IMG/VR virus record: IMGVR_UViG_3300040810_000656 | Coordinates: 32,993-96,992 of that record | Length of the DNA: 64,000 nucleotides | DNA from: a virus | Strand: one strand, 5' to 3' | Shown: one piece after another, positions 1 to 9,587 of the stretch | Numbering within the stretch: position 1 is the first letter of the stretch | Layout: each line of letters opens with the position of its first letter | Notes under the pieces: model-generated | Seen by the model: the letters and a program-made list of their open reading frames with translations, nothing else | Database searches by the model: none | Told to the model about the DNA's origin: nothing | Program-made: the position numbers and the translations under genes

Positions 1-1
1 A

Positions 2-925
2 ACAACGCTATCTGGTTCTGGATTGGCGTTTTATGGTGCTAGTGCTGGATCTTCAGTGCAGATTGGCTCTTATCAAGAAAACACATACGTAGCTAATTCA
101 GATGGAAGTATCTATAAAGATGCTACCACCAATATTAAATATGTTGCTTCAACTTACCCAAGTGGTAGATGTGTGGTTTCAGAGCAAGGTAATGATGATC
201 TTGAAGTTGGGCTTTCTGGTGTTAAGTCTTATCAGTCTACTCTTGGTATTCAGTTTGGACATTCTACTCAAGTACAGGCACAGAATGTTCAGTTAAGAAT
301 TTATGACAGAAATAATATTAATTATCCTGCAAGTGGTGTGTTAACTAAAGTAGCTGAAATTATCAATCATAACGGTGTTAGTTTTGGTTCGCAAGGTCCA
401 GCTGGTCAATCTTCTGATGTCGTAGGAAGTGGTGACTTTTTCTGGTGGGGTGAGCCTTGGCCAGCTCAGTATGTCACTAAGAATTATTATACTAATAGCT
501 CTGGTGAGGTATTTATTAATGGTTTAGATAGTGCGTCGAGAACAAATGGCGATTCAAGACTTGATGCTGCTGGCATTGCTGGATCATATGCTACAGTAGG
601 TGGAACTGGAATTGTTGTTCCTCTAGTAAATTCTCCTGGTAGTGGACAGAAACAGCTTCAGCCTTCAGAAATTGCTGACAATAGCAATTCTATTCCAGGT
701 ATGATGTGGCCTAAATGGACTCAGTATGTGAAATCCGCTGATCAAGCAGCACTCATGGGTTCAGTAAATAGTTTTGGAGATGGTTCAGACACTAATATTG
801 GTAGAACTTATGGAGGAACTGGTGTTGATACTCATCACACATGGGCTGTTGCACTATCATCTTCACCGCTTTCTATAGGTAGTAAAGAACAATTCGGGCT
901 TTACGTGTCACTTGAGTACCTATAG
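2..925 (+). CDS. Gly/Ser/Thr-rich hypothetical protein, probably virion structural; 5'-truncated at the window edge
   Basis: Frame is open from position 2 through the listed TTG at 23; small-residue, beta-rich composition; only substantial plus-strand gene; ends at a convergent terminator. Confidence 0.6.
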   Translation, partial: TTLSGSGLAFYGASAGSSVQIGSYQENTYVANSDGSIYKDATTNIKYVASTYPSGRCVVSEQGNDDLEVGLSGVKSYQSTLGIQFGHSTQVQAQNVQLRIYDRNNINYPASGVLTKVAEIINHNGVSFGSQGPAGQSSDVVGSGDFFWWGEPWPAQYVTKNYYTNSSGEVFINGLDSASRTNGDSRLDAAGIAGSYATVGGTGIVVPLVNSPGSGQKQLQPSEIADNSNSIPGMMWPKWTQYVKSADQAALMGSVNSFGDGSDTNIGRTYGGTGVDTHHTWAVALSSSPLSIGSKEQFGLYVSLEYL

Positions 926-945
926 AGTATTTTTGCTCAGTAATT

Positions 946-980
946 AAAAGAAAACCCCGTGTTTTATCACGGGGTTTTTT
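946..980. terminator. Bidirectional intrinsic terminator
   Basis: AAAACCCCGTG-ttttat-CACGGGGTTTTTT perfect stem with A/T tracts on both sides, between convergent genes. Confidence 0.9.
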
Positions 981-986
981 ATTAAA

Positions 987-1316
987 CTACTCTATGGTTT
1001 TGGTTTTTGGGTTCCATTTAACCCATCCACCGTCTGGTAGCCAGTTTCCTTCAGCATCCTTACGTCTTGGAAACAATCCACCGCCCTTCTTATTTACGCC
1101 AAACCCAAGTCTAGCACCACAATCCAGACAGCGAAGCTCATAATATTCGTTTCCATCGTTTTCACGAACAACATAACGTAAATTATGAGATCCACACTTC
1201 CCGCAAGCTTCTACGCCAAAGACTTCTTCAAATGAAGCAATCTCCTTAAATAAATCTTTTTGTGTTTCTCCTTCAATCTCTACAGATAGACTACCGACTT
1301 TTTTTACGACTTTCAT
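987..1316 (-). CDS. Zinc-finger hypothetical protein
   Basis: CGKC...CLDC; overlaps the stop of the upstream putative annealase gene. Confidence 0.6.
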   Translation of the reverse strand: MKVVKKVGSLSVEIEGETQKDLFKEIASFEEVFGVEACGKCGSHNLRYVVRENDGNEYYELRCLDCGARLGFGVNKKGGGLFPRRKDAEGNWLPDGGWVKWNPKTKTIE

Positions 1317-2080
1317 TCAGACCTCCAGTTGGTTTTATAGCCCATGATTCCATCTGGAATAGGCTTTTTCTTATTCTGATAGCTATTCAATACTCCTAGC
1401 ATTTTAGATGCTGTTTCTTTAGTTACATCATCTATACTCGCATAGAAATCAGTACCAGAGTTAATAAACTCCATAACATCAATATCTAGCTGTTTACATT
1501 TAGTGTCAATAAAATTAGCTTGTGCTGGAGTAATAGAAACATCGCCCCGCCACTCACTGTCAACTTCTTTACCATGTTTAGCAACACTTTCTTTGACAAT
1601 AGATTCAATATCCTTCTTTCTTGTCAGTTCTTCTGCTGCTAGACAACGAATCTTGAGAGCTTTACGAAGAGCACGACCTTCTGCTCTTGTGCTTGCTGTT
1701 GCAACAGGGTGAGCACAGAATAAATCATCTGTATTACCATGCCACACATCTGCAACCTCTGAATATGTTCTTAGTTTGCCTGTTCCTTGCCAGTCAATAA
1801 CTACCTCAAACACTACCGTGGCACGACCAGGACCATCCACGCATGTCGCTGGAAACACATGTGAAGGACGACTCACAATAATGTCACCAAGGACTTCTTC
1901 GGCAACACGACGTAGACCAGCACAAGTTGGATTGCCGTCAAATAGTTCTCCTGGCTCAAATTTATTCATTACCCAATCATTCCATTCCTGAGAACCATAA
2001 ATAGGAGACATTTCACGAACTTCATCTTTAGTGCCAACTTCAATTTCGTTATCTTCCATGTCAAAAAACTTTTCAGCCAT
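1313..2080 (-). CDS. Putative single-strand annealing protein (Rad52/Sak/Erf-like)
   Basis: Beta-strand block followed by ATASTRAEGRALRKAL helix resembling the Rad52/Erf A-x-T-x-A-x-x-RAL motif; start moved to MAEKFF (ATG 2080, GGAG upstream). Confidence 0.5.
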   Translation of the reverse strand: MAEKFFDMEDNEIEVGTKDEVREMSPIYGSQEWNDWVMNKFEPGELFDGNPTCAGLRRVAEEVLGDIIVSRPSHVFPATCVDGPGRATVVFEVVIDWQGTGKLRTYSEVADVWHGNTDDLFCAHPVATASTRAEGRALRKALKIRCLAAEELTRKKDIESIVKESVAKHGKEVDSEWRGDVSITPAQANFIDTKCKQLDIDVMEFINSGTDFYASIDDVTKETASKMLGVLNSYQNKKKPIPDGIMGYKTNWRSE

Positions 2081-2084
2081 AGGT

Positions 2085-2867
2085 TTAATTCTCCAAAGAT
2101 ACTTCAATTTCAACAAGACGGTTTTGCTTACTCTTATGAGTTGATATGTTATCAATCATTGGCTTGATTTTTGCCCACATCTTTTCTCCTACGGCACGGG
2201 TCATTTTATTGCAGAGGTATTTTATTCTAATTACAGAATATCCTTTAGACATAAGTAGACCATTTTTCTTTGCGTCATATTCTATTACTTTTTTCAAGCG
2301 TTCTTCGCCCCATACAGGCTCAAAATGATGTCGTCCATCAATTTCAATGACTATTTTTAATGCGGGAAGAAATATATCTATTTCATAGTCTCCTGGTATT
2401 AGGTCTTTTTTATGTAAAAGCACATCATAATTTTCTTCTAGTAATCTTCTGCGTAGAAATTTTTCCGCCTTAGATCCCTCAACTCCAGCAAGACGTATGC
2501 CGCGAGCAGCAGCACTTTTGAGTTCTTGTTTTTCAAGTTCTGACTTGCTTTCCCATCTTTCTTTTGCACTTTGTGATATTGCTTCTTTTTGTTTTTTTGA
2601 TAGCTTGCTCCATCTATCAGATATGCCAAGAGATATATTTTTCTTTTCTTGTTCAGTTCTTTTTTTGCCAGCCGTAGGATGTGACGCTGTTCCCTGTTCT
2701 AGTGCGAGTTTTTGCGTTTCACTCCTGTTTCGTAGTTGATGTCCGTTTTTTGCAACAATTCTTGAAATCTTTTTTGGATATGTGCCAACTTCCTTGGCTA
2801 TATCGTTAGCACTTCTATTTTTGTTTACGTATTGATCTATTACGTATGCCTCATTTATTTTCGACAC
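2085..2867 (-). CDS. Free-standing Vsr/DUF559-like PD-(D/E)XK endonuclease with HTH and NUMOD3-like motif; probable homing endonuclease
   Basis: HPTAGKKRTEQEKKNIS (NUMOD3-like); YEIDIFLPALKIVIEIDGRHH; GYSVIRI. Confidence 0.75.
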   Translation of the reverse strand: MSKINEAYVIDQYVNKNRSANDIAKEVGTYPKKISRIVAKNGHQLRNRSETQKLALEQGTASHPTAGKKRTEQEKKNISLGISDRWSKLSKKQKEAISQSAKERWESKSELEKQELKSAAARGIRLAGVEGSKAEKFLRRRLLEENYDVLLHKKDLIPGDYEIDIFLPALKIVIEIDGRHHFEPVWGEERLKKVIEYDAKKNGLLMSKGYSVIRIKYLCNKMTRAVGEKMWAKIKPMIDNISTHKSKQNRLVEIEVSLEN

Positions 2868-3321
2868 TTTTTATTACTCCCATTAATGTTTCTAAGTCCC
2901 AATTATCTATGATTGCTATAGGTTTTTTATTACAAAAATTGTCGATCATTTGAGCGTGTGATTCGCTTCTAGCTATAATATTTAATCTATCGTCTCTTAA
3001 TATATCACAATATTTAGTAAAATTATTAGGATTTCTCAGCCACTCTAAGTCCCATAGATAAAGAAATTTACGAGAAGCATTATTTGCTTTTAGGGTTATT
3101 TCTGCTTCTGCAATTGTTGTGGCGATAGTATTGTGATGATACCCAGAAAGAAATGCTATTGACCTACAAGAAAACATCGTTGGCACAATAGGGATTGCGG
3201 ACCTTTGGAAAAAAATAGAAGCACATATGTTAGTAGCTGATAATGCCTTGTTAAACTCTTTGATTAGATAAAACGATTTTTGTGATGGTCCCAGGTTGTT
3301 AATGACTGCCGCTATATTCAT
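2851..3321 (-). CDS. Hypothetical protein, possible glycosyltransferase-associated domain
   Basis: Overlapping ORF at the distal end of the glycosylation cluster; KFLYLWDLEW. Confidence 0.45.
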   Translation of the reverse strand: MNIAAVINNLGPSQKSFYLIKEFNKALSATNICASIFFQRSAIPIVPTMFSCRSIAFLSGYHHNTIATTIAEAEITLKANNASRKFLYLWDLEWLRNPNNFTKYCDILRDDRLNIIARSESHAQMIDNFCNKKPIAIIDNWDLETLMGVIKSVENK

Positions 3322-4016
3322 TTGTATCCTCTTTTCTTAGCTAGAACCCAGCATTGACAACAGTTTTTAGGCTCATTTGTTACCCGTCCCTCGCTATCCT
3401 TTAATGCGTTATAATCAGGCCAGGATTGAGTTCTAAACATTTGTTCTATATACTTGTTATTGCCCCATTGCCCGAGATTGACAACATCAAAATCTGCCCT
3501 ATGAAATAAAACAGCAAGTCCCATTGGGGTGAATCCACCAAAATGCACTGGAGTCATATGTGGAATATTAATTGTTGGAACGCTCGTAAACACGTATCCG
3601 CCAGCCTTGACGTTCTTAGAGATATTAGCCACAGCCAAATATGGATCATATAGATGCTCAAGAGTCTGGCTGAATATAAAGAAGTCAAATGGCTCATCCA
3701 GTATTGGTATTTCATGTAGATCATACGATGGGTATGAGATAAACGTATGCTTACTATATTTAGTAGCAATGAATTCTAATTCTGGGTCTTCTTGGCATGT
3801 AAACCCTAAATGCTCACCAGACATATCTTTGGTCCACTCAATAAAGTCAAGAATACACCATGTCCTTGGAAAATCGTGGCCGTCCCATTGACGATTTTTA
3901 TTCCATCCACCAGTTTCTTTTTGCCCTGGAAATGGTGGCAGCTTTTCCCATTTAGTAAAGTATTCTGGTCTTGGGGCTGTTTGATTATAAAGATCGTAAA
4001 TTTCTTTCTCTGTCAT
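3318..4016 (-). CDS. Class I SAM-dependent methyltransferase (Methyltransf_11-like)
   Basis: FDFFIFSQTLEHLYDP...KAGGYVFTSVP. Confidence 0.8.
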   Translation of the reverse strand: MTEKEIYDLYNQTAPRPEYFTKWEKLPPFPGQKETGGWNKNRQWDGHDFPRTWCILDFIEWTKDMSGEHLGFTCQEDPELEFIATKYSKHTFISYPSYDLHEIPILDEPFDFFIFSQTLEHLYDPYLAVANISKNVKAGGYVFTSVPTINIPHMTPVHFGGFTPMGLAVLFHRADFDVVNLGQWGNNKYIEQMFRTQSWPDYNALKDSEGRVTNEPKNCCQCWVLAKKRGYK

Positions 4017-4690
4017 TGGATGGAACTCCTAAATTCTGTTCCGCTTAACTGTCCGCAAAGCTTTGGGTAACAATGCCATACGCTCATATCGAGCTTCTCA
4101 AAAAAATAATTCAATTGCCAATCCAGCGGAAGGCAGAATCCCATCATGTCATATAACTTAGATAGCTTTTCCGCTGTTGGCCTAGAATATACTATTGATG
4201 ATGTCGTGTTTGTAGATGGATGACCAGCTCGAAAATAATTTCTATATATTTCTTTTACGTTAAAGAAATCTATATTGAGCGGTCCACCAAGAAATAAAAC
4301 ATCAAAATCTGGTGCTTCATCAATGACTTGCTGCATACTTATGTTATAGTGAAAGTTTACATCGTCTTCTAATATTAAAGCATGATCTAATTCAGAAGAT
4401 AGAAATAAATCTATTGCTTGGAAGTGTTTAAGTATCAATGATATTTCTGAGTTTTTTAGTGTTGTTTGTTCAATCCTGTCTATCCCGAGCTTTCTGACGC
4501 TAGGCTCTACTGCCACATGAAAATAATCGGATTCTGTTATGTAGTTTGTTGTATCTTCACCAGTTAGTGAGTCTCCGTCAAAATCTGTTATAAACTTAGC
4601 GTCATTAATGCCAAGCTTATTAAGCTCCATTTCTATATGTGGCTTACGTTCTGTTAATTTAGTATAATGTGGAATATATGTGTCAAACAT
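4013..4690 (-). CDS. Glycosyltransferase, GT25-like
   Basis: ERKPHIE...FDG; EISLILKH; HALILEDDV; LPLDW. Confidence 0.8.
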   Translation of the reverse strand: MFDTYIPHYTKLTERKPHIEMELNKLGINDAKFITDFDGDSLTGEDTTNYITESDYFHVAVEPSVRKLGIDRIEQTTLKNSEISLILKHFQAIDLFLSSELDHALILEDDVNFHYNISMQQVIDEAPDFDVLFLGGPLNIDFFNVKEIYRNYFRAGHPSTNTTSSIVYSRPTAEKLSKLYDMMGFCLPLDWQLNYFFEKLDMSVWHCYPKLCGQLSGTEFRSSIQ

Positions 4691-5502
4691 CAGTCCTCCA
4701 TCTTTGATTTGATATAATTTGCCAATCCGCGAGGCGAGCAGTATTTATTATGCCAAGTATATGCTTTTTCAGAAGCGTTATGCATGTTAACATTGGACAT
4801 AGTGTTATCAATTACTTTCTCTACGTCTGACCAATTAGAAATCTTGACATATGGTGCTTCATTATAGAATAGCACTTTTGGTAAATCAATACCTACAACA
4901 ATACAGCCACACATCATAGCCTCAAAGAATCTAAACGTCTCATAACTAGCAGAGCCACATGGAACTAATGCTATTTTGGTATTGTTCAGAATCTCAGAAT
5001 ATTCTTCTTTTGAAACACCATTATTCCACCCCGTATACCAATCACATTTAAACTTATAGGCTGTGTTATTACAGAGCCTGTCAACAGCCATTTTAAAATC
5101 AACACGGCGATATGGGTCAAATTGGCCCATCCAGCACCAATCGTATTCTCTGCTATCTATTGGAGTATTCGTATTAACAACACCATTAAGATGACATAGA
5201 GGTATACCATGTACCTGACGATGATATACAACAGTATTTACATCCCGCATGTTTGTCATTGGGTGATATTGTTTAAATACGTATTTTACCCTTGGATCAT
5301 CAATACATTCTGGTACTTGATGCGTTTCATCTGAGGTTGAGATAAATATGATTGGAAACCTAGTATCTGTTGGAAGAGGCTTATTCCAGTTATTAATCAC
5401 ATAAGAATATCTAGTGGGTAATTCATCTGCTAGAATTCTTGCTGCCGCCTCATAAACATGATCGTCGCCATTGCCTTTGGCAAGATTTATTACTTCTGAC
5501 AT
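4690..5502 (-). CDS. Exostosin/GT47-like glycosyltransferase
   Basis: YSEILNNTKIALVPCG...ETFRFFEAMMCGCIVV; start moved to MSEVI. Confidence 0.7.
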   Translation of the reverse strand: MSEVINLAKGNGDDHVYEAAARILADELPTRYSYVINNWNKPLPTDTRFPIIFISTSDETHQVPECIDDPRVKYVFKQYHPMTNMRDVNTVVYHRQVHGIPLCHLNGVVNTNTPIDSREYDWCWMGQFDPYRRVDFKMAVDRLCNNTAYKFKCDWYTGWNNGVSKEEYSEILNNTKIALVPCGSASYETFRFFEAMMCGCIVVGIDLPKVLFYNEAPYVKISNWSDVEKVIDNTMSNVNMHNASEKAYTWHNKYCSPRGLANYIKSKMED

Positions 5503-5503
5503 A

Positions 5504-6502
5504 TTATCTCCAATATTCGTATATGTCTTTTTCAATTTCGTATGTGAACTTTTTAACTGGGCGATCCTTTTCTAGCATTGCCCACGAAAACATTTCATCT
5601 ACTAATGATTCTAAGTCTGTTTTGTCTTCAAAGTTAAGCAAGAATTTAGCCTTAGAGTGGTCACAGAAAGCTTCCTTTACTTCATGTCTAGGCTCAACGT
5701 GTTTAATTTCAGTATCTATGTAATACTTGGCGGCGACTTTCTTGACTAAGTTAGCAGCTTCTAGAATAGTATAATACTTGTCAGCACCAATGTTAAAGAT
5801 CTCCCCGTTGTGAGCGTCATCCAATAGTTTATAAAATGGCTCCATATAATAGCGAATGTCAGAAAAGGCACGAACCTGTTTCCCGTCTCCATAAACTAAT
5901 ATAGGCTCTTGATTGATAGCCTTTCTGATAAAGATTCCAATTACATTTCTATACTTATCCCAAATGTTTTGATAAATACCAATCACGTTGTGTGGACGGA
6001 TAATGTTATATCTTAGTCCATGCTGATCGCCACCAACGGCAATATCCATCTCAACCGCATACTTGGCAATACCATATGGGTCTATTGGATTAGGACGCAT
6101 TGACTCATGAAATGGCGGCGGGCTATTTCCGTAAACAGCCATTGATGATGTGAATATCAGCTTAGTGTCATAGTTTATGCACGAATTAATAACTGACGCA
6201 CTGCCTATGATATTATTCATGTAGTTATACTTGCGTACAAATGGAGACAGGCCTTCTGCGGCATATGCCCCAAAATGATAACATGCGATTGGTCTATATT
6301 TATTAAAAATATGATCTATGTATAACGAGGCATCTAAATTAAGATTATAGAATAGAAAGTCGCTATGCTGCGGCATGAAGTCAGAATAACCACCAGATAG
6401 ATCATCAACACCAATGACACGATATCCTTTATTGAGAAGATATCTAGATAAATGTGTCCCTAGTAATCCAGCACACCCAGTTACCACTATGGTTTGTGAC
6501 AT
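5504..6502 (-). CDS. NAD-dependent nucleotide-sugar epimerase/dehydratase (extended SDR)
   Basis: VTGCAGLLG Rossmann motif; TSSMAVYG; YGIAK; RPHNVIG; GDGKQVRAF. Confidence 0.92.
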   Translation of the reverse strand: MSQTIVVTGCAGLLGTHLSRYLLNKGYRVIGVDDLSGGYSDFMPQHSDFLFYNLNLDASLYIDHIFNKYRPIACYHFGAYAAEGLSPFVRKYNYMNNIIGSASVINSCINYDTKLIFTSSMAVYGNSPPPFHESMRPNPIDPYGIAKYAVEMDIAVGGDQHGLRYNIIRPHNVIGIYQNIWDKYRNVIGIFIRKAINQEPILVYGDGKQVRAFSDIRYYMEPFYKLLDDAHNGEIFNIGADKYYTILEAANLVKKVAAKYYIDTEIKHVEPRHEVKEAFCDHSKAKFLLNFEDKTDLESLVDEMFSWAMLEKDRPVKKFTYEIEKDIYEYWR

Positions 6503-7161
6503 TAGCTATCTCCTGTTATGGTATTGCATTTTTTAATAAAGTCTGATCTTCTCCACGGTTCTCTTCCTATTAGAAAATGATGATAAATAACATTATCATA
6601 TGTTGTGCCAACTCCAAAAAAAGTATTAGTACGGCCTATTCTCCATTTTGGATCGTTGCAACTAGTGACTTTTAGAAAGTTAATATTGACAGAAGACATT
6701 TCGCAATCATAGGTGAATCTCTGTGCTACATCAGAATATTCATCTTCTATAAAACATAGTCTATCCATATGATTTAAAACTTTTTGCATTACGGTTTTTG
6801 GAATGGCTAAACACGCTGGCCCGGCGTATATATGTCCATTAGATTTATTAGCTTCGCATGTTTGCTCAATACCGCATATAGTATTTTTATCGACTTTAGA
6901 TAATAAATGCTCATAAAGTTTATTCGTAATTGGAACACAATCAAGATCAAAGAATACGGCTACATCAAAATCTACATTATCTATAATATAGTTACAGGTT
7001 TTACCTAGCCAATGACCATGTGGAATTTCTTCAAATTGTTGATTTAAGGTAAGATTAAAATAATCAAACACATCTTTTTGAGCTTTTGTTACATCTGATT
7101 CAATATTAAAAGAATATGACAACGGTAAAATTATTTGGTTGTTTATTTTAGTTGTTTTCAT
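6502..7161 (-). CDS. Putative GT-A fold glycosyltransferase
   Basis: VFFDLDCVP DxD motif; cluster context. Confidence 0.55.
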   Translation of the reverse strand: MKTTKINNQIILPLSYSFNIESDVTKAQKDVFDYFNLTLNQQFEEIPHGHWLGKTCNYIIDNVDFDVAVFFDLDCVPITNKLYEHLLSKVDKNTICGIEQTCEANKSNGHIYAGPACLAIPKTVMQKVLNHMDRLCFIEDEYSDVAQRFTYDCEMSSVNINFLKVTSCNDPKWRIGRTNTFFGVGTTYDNVIYHHFLIGREPWRRSDFIKKCNTITGDS

Positions 7162-7918
7162 GTAAGATCCTTTGTTTCCAGTATTCTTTTCTTAAAATAG
7201 GAGTATCAAAAAGAGCGTTATCTATTTTATCATAAGTTTTTTTGAGAAAATCTTCAGTAACTTCTGACCAATCATCAACAAACACAATTGGAAATTTTTC
7301 TTCAAAGCTGTGCGTATAGTATCTCTTGACAATAGGAATACATCCAAGCGTTATTGCTTCCCACATTCTGTGTGTATCAATACCATTTCCTCTTGGGCAA
7401 AGACAGAACGCATAACTCATAAGATTGTCCACATATTGCTCAAAATTGGTTCCATTCAAACAATAATAATTATCAGCAAAGACTCTTTCGTTTGCAACCA
7501 TTTCTATCAAATTATATCTTTCTTGAGTATATGTGTTTGGGTTGAATTGAGACAATGCTTTAATTTTTCTATTTTCTAAGCTTTTATTATGTGCGGCTTT
7601 TTTTAAAATACTTCTTTTATGCGGATGCCAATGATTATTCTCTAATCCTATCGGAAGTGGGAAAATTTTGGGATGTTTGAACTCTAAATTTTGTGCATAC
7701 CAAGCTATGAGGTTTTCTGGAATAAGTCCATTTATTACAGACTCATCTCCATTATGCGTTATTAATTTAAATTTTGTATCTGGATGATTGCATATGATTC
7801 TAATAGCTTTTTGATAATGTGCGGTATCGCTATACAGTGTAACAAAATTTTTATCATGAGGAATTTCTTCATATATTTTTATGTCGGCTAAACTAACAAA
7901 AAAATCTCCATCAATCAT
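7148..7918 (-). CDS. Exostosin/GT47-like glycosyltransferase
   Basis: FCLCPRGNGIDTHRMWEAITLGCIPIV. Confidence 0.75.
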   Translation of the reverse strand: MIDGDFFVSLADIKIYEEIPHDKNFVTLYSDTAHYQKAIRIICNHPDTKFKLITHNGDESVINGLIPENLIAWYAQNLEFKHPKIFPLPIGLENNHWHPHKRSILKKAAHNKSLENRKIKALSQFNPNTYTQERYNLIEMVANERVFADNYYCLNGTNFEQYVDNLMSYAFCLCPRGNGIDTHRMWEAITLGCIPIVKRYYTHSFEEKFPIVFVDDWSEVTEDFLKKTYDKIDNALFDTPILRKEYWKQRILHENN

Positions 7919-8741
7919 TTGAAGATCCCCCTAGATAAAATTTAGAATCTGGTTGCCAGCTACAATGCCACATGTGACAAGCAACGCTTTCTGGCTTTAG
8001 GCACGAATAGATTAATTTTTCAGTTGCTGAATTTCTGTGTATCGCCGGAAAAGGAAAGAAACACATGGTAGGAAATATAATAATGTCATCATTACCTTCG
8101 TTACGAAGTTTATTAAAAATACATTGAGAAAGAAGAAATGGTCCTGTTTGAAATAAAGTTCTTGTCTGTCTACATGGTATTTCGTTGTAGGTAGTATTAC
8201 TACAACCAAGAAGACAATTTAAAACTATTTTGTTGTTTTTAGAGCATCCAATAGCACCATTAGTCATAACTGGATCTTGATCAAACATCAAGCAAGAAAA
8301 AAAAGAACAACACTTAGTTATATTTGAAAAACAACTAGAGACACATAGGAAATCTGTGTCTAGATAAATGCCGCCATACTCATATAATATCGCGTATCTT
8401 AGCATATCTGATTTATTGCCAAAATTATCACTTTCTTTATATTCGTTATACTTTGGTGTTTTTTTCATTAAGTTTTCAGCGGTAGCATCATCCCAAATCA
8501 TGAACTCAAATAACGGATTTTTCCTTTGCCAATCATCAATGTTTGCAAGATACATATCTGGAGTCTCACCGCCAAGCCAAATAAAATGAAATATATTTGG
8601 TATTGGATTTTTAGATTTAGACTGTATATTCTTGTAGTATGTATCTTTTAGTAAGTTCCAATTATAATCAGATTTAGCATAATTAATATTAAATTGAGAA
8701 GACTGCGATTCACAGCTTTTAAAAAAATCTAAAGTAATCAT
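7911..8741 (-). CDS. GT32 (Och1/Gly_transf_sug) glycosyltransferase
   Basis: IPNIFHFIWLG; KSDMLRYAILYEYGGIYLDTD; HMWHCSW. Confidence 0.88.
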   Translation of the reverse strand: MITLDFFKSCESQSSQFNINYAKSDYNWNLLKDTYYKNIQSKSKNPIPNIFHFIWLGGETPDMYLANIDDWQRKNPLFEFMIWDDATAENLMKKTPKYNEYKESDNFGNKSDMLRYAILYEYGGIYLDTDFLCVSSCFSNITKCCSFFSCLMFDQDPVMTNGAIGCSKNNKIVLNCLLGCSNTTYNEIPCRQTRTLFQTGPFLLSQCIFNKLRNEGNDDIIIFPTMCFFPFPAIHRNSATEKLIYSCLKPESVACHMWHCSWQPDSKFYLGGSSND

Positions 8742-9587
8742 TTATATCAATCCATTTAGTATATCTATTTCTTGATGTGGACATACAATATTAGATAAAT
8801 CTAGTAAGTCCATGTCAATTCTTTTACCATTCATGTATTTTCCAAGCAAGAATTCTGATTCATACATAAAATGTTCTCCAGAAAAATTTTCAGTATGAGT
8901 TTTAGATACTCTATTGTTTGGGCTATTTACTACAGTGCTATGCTGCGTACATACCATAAAGTTACCAGATATAGGCCAGAATCTTTGCATTTGTGTTTCA
9001 ACTTCATTAGGTGTTTGTTTAAATTGAAATTTTTTACTTAGATATTCTATCTGACTAAACATGTCTATAATTTCTGATTTTCTAAAAACATGACCGTCCA
9101 CAGAATGAGAGTAAGACCAATATGAGCCATATATGTACATAGTCTTAGGAACAAACACATAGTCGCCAATTTCCTGATAATGATTAAGCTCATCGCTCAT
9201 TTCTCTTCCGTGATGAAATCTTTTATGTATATTTTTCCCTAGCCTTAGAGATAAACATACTACCTGCGGTGCAGAAAAAAGATTATCGTAAGAAACACTT
9301 TGGCTTACCTGTCTATAAACTATATTGTCGTCGGTAAAGAAACATATATACTTATTGTTTGAATTTATTGATATGCTACATATGTCTGCATATATAGAAT
9401 TACTTTGTGTTATGAATTTAATATTTGGGTGTTCTATTTTTACATTATTTAGGCTTTCCTGATATGCTTCACTATACTTTTCAAGTACAACTATATCATT
9501 GGTGTCTTTAAAATTTTTGGATATACTTTTTAAAGTTAAGTCTAGTTGCAAAGGGCGATCTTTGCTAAAGATAATAGATGTAATCAT
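8742..9587 (-). CDS. GT2-like (GT-A) glycosyltransferase
   Basis: IIFSKDRPLQLDLTLKS; CFFTDDNIV. Confidence 0.6.
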   Translation of the reverse strand: MITSIIFSKDRPLQLDLTLKSISKNFKDTNDIVVLEKYSEAYQESLNNVKIEHPNIKFITQSNSIYADICSISINSNNKYICFFTDDNIVYRQVSQSVSYDNLFSAPQVVCLSLRLGKNIHKRFHHGREMSDELNHYQEIGDYVFVPKTMYIYGSYWSYSHSVDGHVFRKSEIIDMFSQIEYLSKKFQFKQTPNEVETQMQRFWPISGNFMVCTQHSTVVNSPNNRVSKTHTENFSGEHFMYESEFLLGKYMNGKRIDMDLLDLSNIVCPHQEIDILNGLI

